Shown here in pieces: positions 1 to 9,171 of a stretch of DNA of 32,000 nucleotides (positions are counted from its first letter, which is position 1; each line of letters opens with the position of its first letter). The stretch spans positions 2,760,001 to 2,792,000 of the forward strand of contig JAIZWK010000001.1 in the NCBI GenBank assembly GCA_021498095.1, given 5' to 3'. This stretch comes from Candidatus Harpocratesius repetitus (GTDB lineage: Archaea > Asgardarchaeota > Lokiarchaeia > Sigyniarchaeales > Promethearchaeaceae). The position numbers were made by a program, and so were the translations under genes. The notes under the pieces are model-generated. The model was not told where the DNA came from. It saw nothing but the letters and a program-made list of their open reading frames with translations, and ran no database searches.

Positions 1-42
1 TATGAATTCTTGAATAGAAATAGGAAAGGAAAAGTGATTCAG

Positions 43-1023
43 ATGATTAAAGGACTAATACTGTTTTCTGTTCAAATACCAGCATCCAATGATCAAAATA
101 AGAACGAAATACAAGGCTCAAAGGGAGAAAACTATTCTAATTCATCTCGTGTTCTACCGAATTGGTCCATTTTAGCTAAGTTCATCCCTGAAAAAGAAGA
201 TGAACCCCAACATGAAACAGTAAACGAAATAATGATTCGTTATTTTTCTTCGAATGATAATTCAACTTTGAATATCCGTCTTTTTCCATTCAAATATTTC
301 ATTCAACCAATTAAGGAAGATCGTTCTATTTTATTAGTTTATCTTTTAGATGCGAAAGAATCTTTAGAAATTGCTCAAATTTATTCTGAAGAAACAATAA
401 AAAATCTTGAGATGCAAATCAATGGAAATTCTGAATTAAACGAGAGTCTTGAAGAAATTTTTACATATAGAAATAAAATTTTGATGAAATTAGAAAAAGA
501 AGGCGTTTTACAAGAAGAAATCGGTCATTCTGCAAATAGATTAATTGATAGTGGTAAATTTGATGAAGCTCAAGATTTAATCAAACTTGCAAAAACAATT
601 CCTGAAAAAATGGTTTCTACTTATCTTAAAAGCAAGTTAATAGCGAAAGAGCATAGTTATAGACAAGCACGAAAATTATTGGGTGATTGCTTAAGTTTAG
701 CACAAAAAATTGAAGATGATGGAATAATACAATATTTAAATAAGAAGATTGAAATTTTTACCCAAATTCCGCAATATGAAAAAGATGTTCGTTCGTTAAT
801 TTCGTCATTTTCTAAGGAACTATCCAAATCAATAAACTTACCTTCTTATCAAAGACAAGTATATAAATTGGACAAAACTCTTGATTTACTTGATAAATTA
901 GAAGAAGATGAATTGATCGAAAAGATTATGGAACTTTCTAATACTTTAATATTAGCAGGAAAATTAGTTTTCGATCTTAAATCATTGGATAAAAAAATTA
1001 AAAATATTATTTCTGAATTATAA
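43..1023 (+). CDS. Hypothetical protein: possible N-terminal longin-like domain plus TPR-like helical C-terminus (326 aa)
   Basis: Long ORF (track starts at TTG 10; ATG at 43 preferred). N-terminal beta/alpha pattern (IKGLILFSV...WSILAKF...NEIMIRYF...FKYFIQPI..SILLVYLL). C-terminal amphipathic helices (ANRLIDSGKFDEAQDLIKLA; YRQARKLLGDCLSLAQKI). Confidence 0.6.
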   Translation: MIKGLILFSVQIPASNDQNKNEIQGSKGENYSNSSRVLPNWSILAKFIPEKEDEPQHETVNEIMIRYFSSNDNSTLNIRLFPFKYFIQPIKEDRSILLVYLLDAKESLEIAQIYSEETIKNLEMQINGNSELNESLEEIFTYRNKILMKLEKEGVLQEEIGHSANRLIDSGKFDEAQDLIKLAKTIPEKMVSTYLKSKLIAKEHSYRQARKLLGDCLSLAQKIEDDGIIQYLNKKIEIFTQIPQYEKDVRSLISSFSKELSKSINLPSYQRQVYKLDKTLDLLDKLEEDELIEKIMELSNTLILAGKLVFDLKSLDKKIKNIISEL

Positions 1024-1236
1024 ATTAAACTTTTCACACTATATCATAGCTTTTTGAAAACATACATTAATTCTGCTCTTTTTTCACTTGATTTTTCTTA
1101 ATATATTTTATCCAATTTATCTTTTGAAATGATTTTTTACTTTTATTAATATGTAAAAGAAAAAAGAAATAAATACATTCAATATAATTGTGTTATATTT
1201 TAATTTTTTTTAATTATTGATTTAACTTTAATTATC

Positions 1237-2094
1237 TCAATACTGTACAAAGGCAGTATAAGGAATAACTTGTAATTCAATCAAACCAACTTGCACAAAA
1301 ATTATTGTAATTATCGCGAATACTAAAAATTGAGCAAGAGTTCTCACCCAAGTGCGCTTTATTCTCGGACCTACGAAATAGAGAATTCCATTAATAAAAT
1401 AGAGTAAAGCAATAACAATGATATATTCCAAACCGTAAAAGACAAACGGCATATTATTTATTTGATTTGTACTTATCATTCCTAATTCATTACCAGGTGC
1501 CCAATATGGCCATTTCTGTAGAAATATTCTTGCTAATATAAATAACAACCAAGTAAAAAGAATTGTTGGAGTAATCTTTTTAAAATTGATATTTTCATTA
1601 TTCTTATTCAAAGCATTATAATTATAAATTCCCATAATGATTCCACATAAATGATTCAAATCGTATATAATCTGGAGTATATATGAATGGTAATAAAATA
1701 TATCCCACGTAAAGATATCAGAAGCCACAAATGGATTAATAGTGCTGAAAGCAGATATTACAGGAAATGCCATTGTTGCTACTGAGCCTTGTCTTAACCA
1801 TTTATTACCTGTAATTAGTGCTAAATATGAGATTGTTCCCGTCCAATAGCAAATATAGACTAGATTATGCAGGTTATTTGTAGAATAATATACTCTTTCT
1901 CCGTTAATTATATCCCATTGCATATCTCCAAAAATATTAAAGTCAAAATGTTGATTTGCGCCAGAATATCCGTAATGTAGCCATTCAAAATGCCAACCAT
2001 CGAAGAAAAGATAAAATAGGAATATAAAAATATAAATTCCCATAAAGAAATATCCCCAATGCCGCTCTCGTTTATTTTCATTTAATTTAATCAT
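1237..2094 (-). CDS. Multi-pass integral membrane protein, unknown function
   Basis: 285 aa ORF with about 7 hydrophobic segments; no motif recognised. Confidence 0.75.
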   Translation of the reverse strand: MIKLNENKRERHWGYFFMGIYIFIFLFYLFFDGWHFEWLHYGYSGANQHFDFNIFGDMQWDIINGERVYYSTNNLHNLVYICYWTGTISYLALITGNKWLRQGSVATMAFPVISAFSTINPFVASDIFTWDIFYYHSYILQIIYDLNHLCGIIMGIYNYNALNKNNENINFKKITPTILFTWLLFILARIFLQKWPYWAPGNELGMISTNQINNMPFVFYGLEYIIVIALLYFINGILYFVGPRIKRTWVRTLAQFLVFAIITIIFVQVGLIELQVIPYTAFVQY

Positions 2095-2431
2095 TTTTTA
2101 TTACTTTCCGTTCTATATTTTTAAAATTTCACGAAAATAATCATGATTCTCTTCTCAATTTCTTTGATAGTAATGATACCAAAAACATCGTATTATATAA
2201 GTGGTATATTTTCCCACAAAAGAAATTTTCAATTATTTTTTTTTATTCAAAAGATCATTTATACTTTCTGAATATTGATAAATTATGAATAAGCTAAATT
2301 GAAAACTTATCTTTTCGAAAATTCTTGTAGATCTAGGTCAATATCATTATGAGAATTATAGGAAATTTTTCATTCAACATCTAATTCGAATTTTATAAAA
2401 TATTCTACTTTTTAAAAGTTTCTCGTTGAGG

Positions 2432-2713
2432 TTAATTCTCTTTTATTCTTTTGAAAATTCGCTCAGCTCTTTTTAAATCATGTACGATTTCTTCATCAGA
2501 TTGCGATGGGGGGTTGATTTTCTCCGCTTCAAGATATTCCATCATCTGATAAATAGTTACTTTGGCTTGATAAGCTGCTTCTTGCAAACTAACTGTGCCT
2601 TTTCGGTAATGATTTGCCATTTTTTTCATATTATATTGTTCTATTTGAGCAAGTAAAAATTTCCTGATTAAATTATACCGATCCATTTGCTCCTCTTCTG
2701 CAATTTGATTCAA
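2432..2713 (-). CDS. UPF0175-family protein (putative antitoxin), possibly N-terminally truncated
   Basis: YRKGTVSLQEAAYQAKVTIYQMMEYL matches the UPF0175 HTH pattern. The TTG start overlaps the stop of the upstream gene and is preceded in frame by TAA TAA. Confidence 0.7.
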   Translation of the reverse strand: MNQIAEEEQMDRYNLIRKFLLAQIEQYNMKKMANHYRKGTVSLQEAAYQAKVTIYQMMEYLEAEKINPPSQSDEEIVHDLKRAERIFKRIKEN

Positions 2714-3348
2714 TTATTATAATAAATTCTTAATAATAGTTTTACTTGTTTTTTTATGGATAATTTGTTCCAATCATCAAGATCAAGATTGAAATCTGTA
2801 AAAAGCTTTTCGTTAAGTAATTTGTAATATTCATATTCTATTTTACGCTCCTTTTCAACTACTTTATCGATAAATCCAATAGGTAAAAATATCTCATCAT
2901 TTTTTTTTTGAGGAAAAACTCGAAATAAGGAATTAATAATGTTACATGAATCATACATATTTTGTAATTGAACAGAATCTTCTAAAATACAATAAATAAA
3001 GGGAAAAAAGCGGCACTGGTCTGAACGCGCAGGATATATGTCGCAATTTCTCGTCTGTGAATTATAAAATGGGCAACCATGTTTTTTTTGCATGCGAATA
3101 GAAAACACAGGAATAAATTTTGAGATTCCAGTTAATTGAAAATTTTCATCTCGAATATGATATTCATATTCAATTATTTTTAGATATTTTGAAATGAGTA
3201 ATTTGGGTTTTATTTGTAAGTAATTGAGTAAACGATGAAAATCATGTGGAAATATTAGCACATCTCCCTCTTGTGAAGCGGTGCAGCATTTTCCACAATT
3301 ATTGCATTTTTTCATTAATTCTTTACCCACTTGATGAACATTTTCCAT
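2710..3348 (-). CDS. YkgJ-family cysteine-cluster (CxxCxxCC) protein
   Basis: CNNCGKCC near the N-terminus, followed by CPFY...CDIYPARSDQCRFFPF. Confidence 0.88.
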   Translation of the reverse strand: MENVHQVGKELMKKCNNCGKCCTASQEGDVLIFPHDFHRLLNYLQIKPKLLISKYLKIIEYEYHIRDENFQLTGISKFIPVFSIRMQKKHGCPFYNSQTRNCDIYPARSDQCRFFPFIYCILEDSVQLQNMYDSCNIINSLFRVFPQKKNDEIFLPIGFIDKVVEKERKIEYEYYKLLNEKLFTDFNLDLDDWNKLSIKKQVKLLLRIYYNN

Positions 3349-3603
3349 AATAATCTCACTTAATTTAAAGATAGAAAAACTTTTATCAATTTATATCTTC
3401 TTGTTCAAAAACAAACGATCTAATTAAATAGAGTTCAATTATAGAATTTGAATAAAAATCTTATATTTAATATCAAACATTCTAAATCTTTTAAATCTAA
3501 ACCATAGAGATCAACTAAATTGCTATTTCGATAAAATGTTAAAAATAATAAAATTGTCCAAATGAATGAAAATGCTCCTGAAGTGGCTTTTCAAGCTGCT
3601 GTT

Positions 3604-3644
3604 GAAATTCTACAGAAATTCTACAGAAATTCTACAGAAATTCT
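3604..3644. repeat. Perfect tandem repeat, 11-bp unit GAAATTCTACA x3 plus 8 bp
   Basis: Read directly: units at 3604, 3615 and 3626, partial unit at 3637. Confidence 0.95.
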
Positions 3645-3715
3645 TGAGATATTTCTTTATTTCTAAAACTGAAAAAGAAGAAAAAGAAAAAATTTGTTAT
3701 AAAATTCTGTTCCAA

Positions 3716-3907
3716 TTAATTTCCTAACTTGGAGATAGAATTTTTGCATGTAAAATCTTCAAAACAACTTTTATGATACCATTTGTCAGATCTTGCATGG
3801 TAAAAAAGATATTCACCTTCTATTTTTCTGCAGATTGCACATGGTTCTAGTTTTTTTATTGTAATTTTGTTTTGTGGATTGTTTGTGGAAATTGATTCTT
3901 CAGTCAT
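3716..3907 (-). CDS. Small zinc-finger protein (C-x2-C-x18-H-x2-C), 63 aa
   Basis: CAIC...KWYHKSCF motif; SD-like GAGGGG 8 nt upstream of the ATG; fills an otherwise non-coding gap. Confidence 0.65.
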   Translation of the reverse strand: MTEESISTNNPQNKITIKKLEPCAICRKIEGEYLFYHARSDKWYHKSCFEDFTCKNSISKLGN

Positions 3908-3939
3908 TCAATAATCCCCTCATGAAAATTTGTCGGCAG

Positions 3940-3958
3940 TTGTTGGGATTTCCAACAA
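3940..3958. other. Perfect inverted repeat TTGTTGG-N5-CCAACAA
   Basis: Read directly, just upstream of the zinc-finger gene; a related TTGTCGG lies at 3930-3936. Confidence 0.6.
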
Positions 3959-4172
3959 ATCGCTGATATTCTAAGTAGATCGTTCCCAAATAAAAGAATT
4001 TCGTTCCAAAAATATTTAAGGAATGAGAATATTCATGTTAAAGAGTAAACAAACAATTTCGACAAAAATCATGATTTGATTCCTTTTTATGTAATCCTAA
4101 AAATAATCCAGTATCCAAAAACTCTTCACACTTGATCTATAAAAAATTATCATTATCATTATCAAATTCTAA

Positions 4173-5087
4173 TTAGACTTTATTCTGTTTAACAATTGGA
4201 TTGATAAGAGCAGGAAATCCATCGATGTGACATTCAAGAACATCACCATCTTTTAGTGGCACTGCGCGCGGGGTTCCGGTTGAAATTATATCACCAGGAT
4301 AAAGCGTCATTACTTTACTGTGAAAAGAAACCAAATAATCTGGAGGAAATGTCATATTGTAAATGAAATTGCTGGCATGAATCTGCCCATTTATAACAGT
4401 AGAAACTTTTATCGTAGCTATTTCAGAAAATTCATTTGGAGTTATTAAAACGGGTCCAAAACTGAAAAAGGAGTCAAAATTTTTACTTAAAGTTAGATAA
4501 CGAGGGTTTTGTCGCAAAATATCTTCTGCTGTCATATCCAAAATAGGAACAAATCCTGCCACCACAGATTTCCAATTTGAACGCGGAACATTTTTACATT
4601 TTTTTTTAATAATTATTCCCAATTCTGCTTCACCTGTAGTTTTATGGGAAAGTGCAGGAATTATAATGGGATCTTGGTAACCGATAATTGTGTTTTTTCC
4701 TTTAATGAAACTTGCAGGATATGATTCTGGAGCAATTTCATTTAAATCTTTAGCATGATCTTTGTAATTTAATCCAATTCCCCAAATTTTTGAAGGATTT
4801 CGATAGAGTGGACAAAATTTAACTTCTTGAGCTAAAATTGCATTTAAATTTTGAGAGATTATATTCCTCTGAATTTCTTGATATTTCTTTTGGAACCAAC
4901 CTAAAAATTCATCGAAAAGATTAGAATTCAAGAGTTCTTCAATGGATAGAGCCCAATTTACATCAAAAAAAGTGTTAAGTACTTCAATTGGTATAAAAAA
5001 AACTTCATTATTTTGATTTAAATTTATATATACTGCCAATTGCTCCCTGTTTTTATAATTTATCGTCGCAAATCGCATTTTAATCAA
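4173..5087 (-). CDS. Fumarylacetoacetate hydrolase (FAH)-family protein
   Basis: KIWGIGLNYKDHA, GEAELGIII, DMTAEDI, SKNFDSF, TLYPGDIISTGTP motifs. Confidence 0.93.
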   Translation of the reverse strand: MIKMRFATINYKNREQLAVYINLNQNNEVFFIPIEVLNTFFDVNWALSIEELLNSNLFDEFLGWFQKKYQEIQRNIISQNLNAILAQEVKFCPLYRNPSKIWGIGLNYKDHAKDLNEIAPESYPASFIKGKNTIIGYQDPIIIPALSHKTTGEAELGIIIKKKCKNVPRSNWKSVVAGFVPILDMTAEDILRQNPRYLTLSKNFDSFFSFGPVLITPNEFSEIATIKVSTVINGQIHASNFIYNMTFPPDYLVSFHSKVMTLYPGDIISTGTPRAVPLKDGDVLECHIDGFPALINPIVKQNKV

Positions 5088-5126
5088 TGATCCTTAAAAT
5101 AATAGTTAAAAGTGAAAAGTTTTAAT

Positions 5127-6845
5127 CTAAAATTCTCTCCAGTAATCTTCTAGTTCAATATCAGAAACATCCCATCTTCGCTCTTGGTTATCTTCAAGAG
5201 GTTCATTTATCATAAATTCTGGAAATTGATCCACCGGAGATAGTCCTACCTTTTCATTATAATCTCTTTCAATTTTCAACCATGTTTTTGACCATTCAAT
5301 CAGCTTTTCTGGTGTAAGATTCCATCCAAATTTTGCATTTAATAATGTAACAATATGAGGGGTGGATTGAAATGTTGGATTCATGAAATAACATTGACCA
5401 ATAGAATCGTGGATCATGGTAAATATTTGCAATCCTCTAGATAGTTCAACTTTATGCTCTGCTTCGGTTATTTTTCCATATTCTTTATCTGGATAAGGAA
5501 CTCTACCTGTAATAGCTGCACCGGCTGTATGATCAGCACCCATCGGTGATGTTAGATATGTAACGCCCATTCCCTTAAACGACCGTGGATCATATCCTGG
5601 AATTCCTTGCCCTTTAACTTGAGCCACTCGTTTAATATTATACATTTTTCCGGTATACACCGCTCCATTTGCAATTGCAAGACTATCTGGGTTATCAACA
5701 GCAATTTCATTTATAAGTTTTACAACGTTATCAGCATCTCCCCACTTTATTTTCCCCGTTTCCATAAATACTCCCATTGCATTACCAATTTCAATTGAAT
5801 CAACACCTACATCGTCGCATGCATGATCAATTTCTGCTAATTTTTCAATATCGTTAATTAATAGATTTGATCCATTTAATGCAACTGTTTCATACTCCAA
5901 ACTTGAAGTTATATGTTCTCCTTTTGAATTTTTCACCAAATTTGAACATTTAATAACACAACCTGGAGAACAAGCAAGACCAGATTTACCATGATTGGTT
6001 TGAATATAATCATACAATGTTTCTGCGCTTATTTTTTCTACATCATCAAATGATCCACGCCTAAAATTATGTGTTGGAAGAGCGTTAAGCGAATTCATTG
6101 TAGTTAGACCGATTAAAGTACCAAATTGCGAAAAAAGCCGCTTTGCCTTGTATACAGATAAACCCCAAGATTTTGCTTCATTTTTAAAGGATTTTGAATC
6201 TAGATAAGTCAACTTATTCTTTTTTGGAGGTATTACTACTATTGCCTTTAATTTTTTTGAGCCTATCACCGCACCCATGCCTCCTCGTCCAGCATGTCGC
6301 GAAGGATAACCTTCTAAATCAATTGAAGCAATGGATGCTGAATTTAACTGCTTTTCTCCTGCAGTTCCTATTGAGAATAAACCGATTTTTGGACCAAATT
6401 CTTTTTTTAGGGCATCTGCTAGCTCATAATTATTCATTCCTTGAAATTGGTCGCCAGGTTGAAGTTTAAGATTACCTTCTGCATCTATAATTAATATTTT
6501 CCATGAAATCGCTCTTTTTTCAAAAATTAGAGCCCGAATATCATGTCGACCGATTAAAGCAGGAGCTCTTCCCCCAACATTCGATTCTTTAATACCTTTG
6601 GTTAATGGACTTTTTGCTCCAATTGAAATTCTTCCAGAGTTTGGGCAAGGTGTTCCTGTTAATAATCCTGCAGCTATAATTAGTTTATTAGATTCATCTA
6701 ATGGATTTATTTGAGGATCAACTTCTTCAGCAATAATTTTTGAAGAAAGAGCCCTACCACCAAAATAATAATAGGGATGACCTTTAATTATTTCTTCAAT
6801 TTGAATATGATTATCTGCTAAATCAATTCGAATAAGTTTAGGCAT
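5127..6845 (-). CDS. aor: Tungsten-dependent aldehyde:ferredoxin oxidoreductase family protein
   Basis: AKSPLTKGIKESNVGG, GRGGMGAVIGSKKLKAI, CSPGCVIKC, EYET, CDDVGVDSI, KGQGIPGYDPR and GADH motifs. Confidence 0.93.
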   Translation of the reverse strand: MPKLIRIDLADNHIQIEEIIKGHPYYYFGGRALSSKIIAEEVDPQINPLDESNKLIIAAGLLTGTPCPNSGRISIGAKSPLTKGIKESNVGGRAPALIGRHDIRALIFEKRAISWKILIIDAEGNLKLQPGDQFQGMNNYELADALKKEFGPKIGLFSIGTAGEKQLNSASIASIDLEGYPSRHAGRGGMGAVIGSKKLKAIVVIPPKKNKLTYLDSKSFKNEAKSWGLSVYKAKRLFSQFGTLIGLTTMNSLNALPTHNFRRGSFDDVEKISAETLYDYIQTNHGKSGLACSPGCVIKCSNLVKNSKGEHITSSLEYETVALNGSNLLINDIEKLAEIDHACDDVGVDSIEIGNAMGVFMETGKIKWGDADNVVKLINEIAVDNPDSLAIANGAVYTGKMYNIKRVAQVKGQGIPGYDPRSFKGMGVTYLTSPMGADHTAGAAITGRVPYPDKEYGKITEAEHKVELSRGLQIFTMIHDSIGQCYFMNPTFQSTPHIVTLLNAKFGWNLTPEKLIEWSKTWLKIERDYNEKVGLSPVDQFPEFMINEPLEDNQERRWDVSDIELEDYWREF

Positions 6846-7179
6846 TTTTCAAGGATTGTTAAGCAAGTTATATAATTAAGGGTTATCTTTATGAATATTT
6901 AAAATAATTAATCGAAAATCTTTCAGATGATCAAGATTAAGGACCAAAGGTTCATCAGAATTTAAATTAAACTTTAAATGATAGTAATTAAGGATTCTCT
7001 TGCTGTACTATTATCAACTTTTTACCCTTCTCACAAATTTAGAAGTTTGACCCATATTGATATATACAGTAAAGAGAACCCTTTTTTATGAAAATTTAGA
7101 TCTGCTCTTTTTTTGCGAATAATTATGATATAAAATCAAAATGATGACAATAACTAAATTTAAGTAAATATGCTAGATT

Positions 7180-7602
7180 CTAATATTCTAATATTGGAAG
7201 TTCCCAGCATGTAAAATGAAGGCGATTTCGAGTGATTATTGATTTAGCATTGTAATATTTTGCTGTAGCTCCTATAATGAGATCGATTAAATCGATTTTA
7301 GCACCTTGATAAAGAAGAATTCCCCTCATTTGTCCGCTTAATTCCATAATTGCTTCATTTAGGGACAAAATATCGAATGAAAGAAGCACAGATTTAAGCT
7401 CTTTAGATTTCTTAAGAAACACTGCTTCTCCCAATTTTCTTTTTGTATAATAAAGTCCAGTAAACAATTCTGATATAGAAATTAAGGAAAGTCCAATAGA
7501 ATCTTGCAGAATATTCTTTTGAACATGAGAAACATTACCTCGATTTCTAAGAAGATCAATAACAAAAGTAGTATCAGCAATTATCATCTTACATCTCATC
7601 AT
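7180..7602 (-). CDS. vapC: PIN-domain toxin (VapC); start may be ATG at 7587
   Basis: IIADTTFVIDLLR, SISELFTG, DLIDLIIGATA, IITRNRLHF acidic PIN motifs; directly downstream of the antitoxin gene. Confidence 0.9.
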   Translation of the reverse strand: MMRCKMIIADTTFVIDLLRNRGNVSHVQKNILQDSIGLSLISISELFTGLYYTKRKLGEAVFLKKSKELKSVLLSFDILSLNEAIMELSGQMRGILLYQGAKIDLIDLIIGATAKYYNAKSIITRNRLHFTCWELPILEY

Positions 7603-7603
7603 T

Positions 7604-7855
7604 CTAAAGATTTATAATGTATTCATTCTTCTGTTTATCTATTTTTCGAGCTTTTATAATTGCCTCTTCAAAAATTCTCCCTTCATCTTCTTCATCGCCT
7701 TCAATTTTCTTTTCCCAGATTCCAAGATATTCAAATGGATCCTTTTTGTTTTCCAATAATCGATTAATTAACTTGGAGAAACTTTCATTTGGGCGCTTTA
7801 ATCGTTTTAATTTGTAATAAATCTCTTTTGTAATTGAAATATTTATAGATGACAT
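7604..7855 (-). CDS. vapB: Archaeal VapB (DUF217-type) antitoxin
   Basis: INISITKEIYYKLKRLKRPNESFSKLINRLLE signature; 1 bp from vapC. Confidence 0.88.
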   Translation of the reverse strand: MSSINISITKEIYYKLKRLKRPNESFSKLINRLLENKKDPFEYLGIWEKKIEGDEEDEGRIFEEAIIKARKIDKQKNEYIINL

Positions 7856-7960
7856 GTGCTCATATGAGTATATGGAGTGAATGAATTTATTTTTTTACAT
7901 GATTTATTTGTTCGCAAAAGAAAAAAGAAAAAGAAAAGATATATCAGCATCAAAATTAGG

Positions 7961-7996
7961 TAGATAAATTTTTGGTTAGATAAATTTTTGGTTAGA
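7961..7996. repeat. Perfect tandem duplication, 16-bp unit TAGATAAATTTTTGGT x2 plus TAGA
   Basis: Read directly: units at 7961 and 7977, between the MTase stop and the vapB start. Confidence 0.93.
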
Positions 7997-8002
7997 CAAT
8001 AT

Positions 8003-9109
8003 TTAGTTAAGAAAATACTCACACTCATATTCATTTTGATTTTTTTTTCTAATTTTTGAGATAATTGGAAAAGAGCAAAGCCGTTCTTGATTGGTTATAA
8101 CATGAAGATTAATGTTGTTGTTAAAATATTTTGGTATTTTTCCTGCATTAATTCGATTTTTAATAAAAATTTCATGAGTTTTAATTCGGTTGTGTACTAA
8201 TTTTTGGCTTAATTTGCGAATTTCTTGAAGTCTTTCTATTATAATTGTGCTAAATCGCCCCTCTAATTCATATCCAATTGAATTTCGAGCAGCACACATT
8301 GCTGCAAACATTGTTGTACCTGTTCCTAAAAAAGGATCTAGTATATAATCTCCCTGAATTGAATACATGTGAATAAGACGCCATGGTAATTCAAAAGGAA
8401 ACGCACCACTCCTCATTCTTATTTTGTTTTCTAAACCATTTAGAGAAGAAGTTTTTTTTTCTTTTTTCTTTTTTCCAGATTTATTATCAAATAAAGATTG
8501 AGAAATTCCTTTAAATTTCCAAACATCAGAAAACCATTCGTTCCGTTCTTCCCAAAAATAAGCACTTTTCCTGCGTTTCTCTATATTCTCTTCAGTTTTA
8601 AATTCCCTCTTTCCTTGTTTTCGAAAAATCAAAATAAATTCATGTTCTAATGTAACATAAGCATTTGAAGGAAGCATGCCAGATCCCATAAATTTGGTAG
8701 GAGAATTTGTAGATTTTCTCCAAATAATTTCAGGTAATGATTGAAAACCCAATTTTTGAAATCTTCTAATTATTTCTGCATGAGATGGGTATAATTGAAA
8801 TTTTTTTCCAATGCGTCTGGTTGCATCGCCAATATTTATGCAAACAATTCCTCCAGGAATCAAAACCCGGGATATTTCTTGCCAAATATATTGTAATTCT
8901 TCATGCATTAAAATAAAAGCTTTATTTCCTTCTCCAGTAATTAATAAATCTCTTATTTTTTGATTTTGTTCGCTGAAAATATCGTCCCACATCTCTATCA
9001 TAGGATACGGCGGAGATGTTACAACTAAATGAATCGTCTCATCAGAAATTTCAGTCAATTGTTTTGAAGTATGAAAAAAGACACGATGTGATGTAATCAA
9101 TGATTGCAT
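8003..9109 (-). CDS. Orphan beta-class site-specific DNA methyltransferase (N4-C/N6-A; SPPY suggests m4C)
   Basis: VVTSPPY (motif IV) precedes ILDPFLGTGTT (motif I); no restriction endonuclease gene adjacent. Confidence 0.9.
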   Translation of the reverse strand: MQSLITSHRVFFHTSKQLTEISDETIHLVVTSPPYPMIEMWDDIFSEQNQKIRDLLITGEGNKAFILMHEELQYIWQEISRVLIPGGIVCINIGDATRRIGKKFQLYPSHAEIIRRFQKLGFQSLPEIIWRKSTNSPTKFMGSGMLPSNAYVTLEHEFILIFRKQGKREFKTEENIEKRRKSAYFWEERNEWFSDVWKFKGISQSLFDNKSGKKKKEKKTSSLNGLENKIRMRSGAFPFELPWRLIHMYSIQGDYILDPFLGTGTTMFAAMCAARNSIGYELEGRFSTIIIERLQEIRKLSQKLVHNRIKTHEIFIKNRINAGKIPKYFNNNINLHVITNQERLCSFPIISKIRKKNQNEYECEYFLN

Positions 9110-9171
9110 TTTCTAATATCCATAAGAATAATTAAAAAAAAGATAAAATGCTTTACGGTTTCATATTATAT

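Noticed and set aside
3604-7996. Short repeats as a CRISPR array
   Set aside because: Units are directly adjacent with no spacers and are too short; no cas genes are present.
849-8034. Short track ORFs 849-1037, 5607-5798, 6194-6469, 7617-7817 and 7843-8034
   Set aside because: Antisense or overlapping shadows of well-supported genes, or low-complexity intergenic translations, with no motifs.
8452-8474. Homopolymer runs (A9, A6, A6 on the coding strand) in the MTase as a phase-variation tract
   Set aside because: Such runs are common throughout this AT-rich window; the frame is intact and the tract simply encodes a Lys-rich loop.
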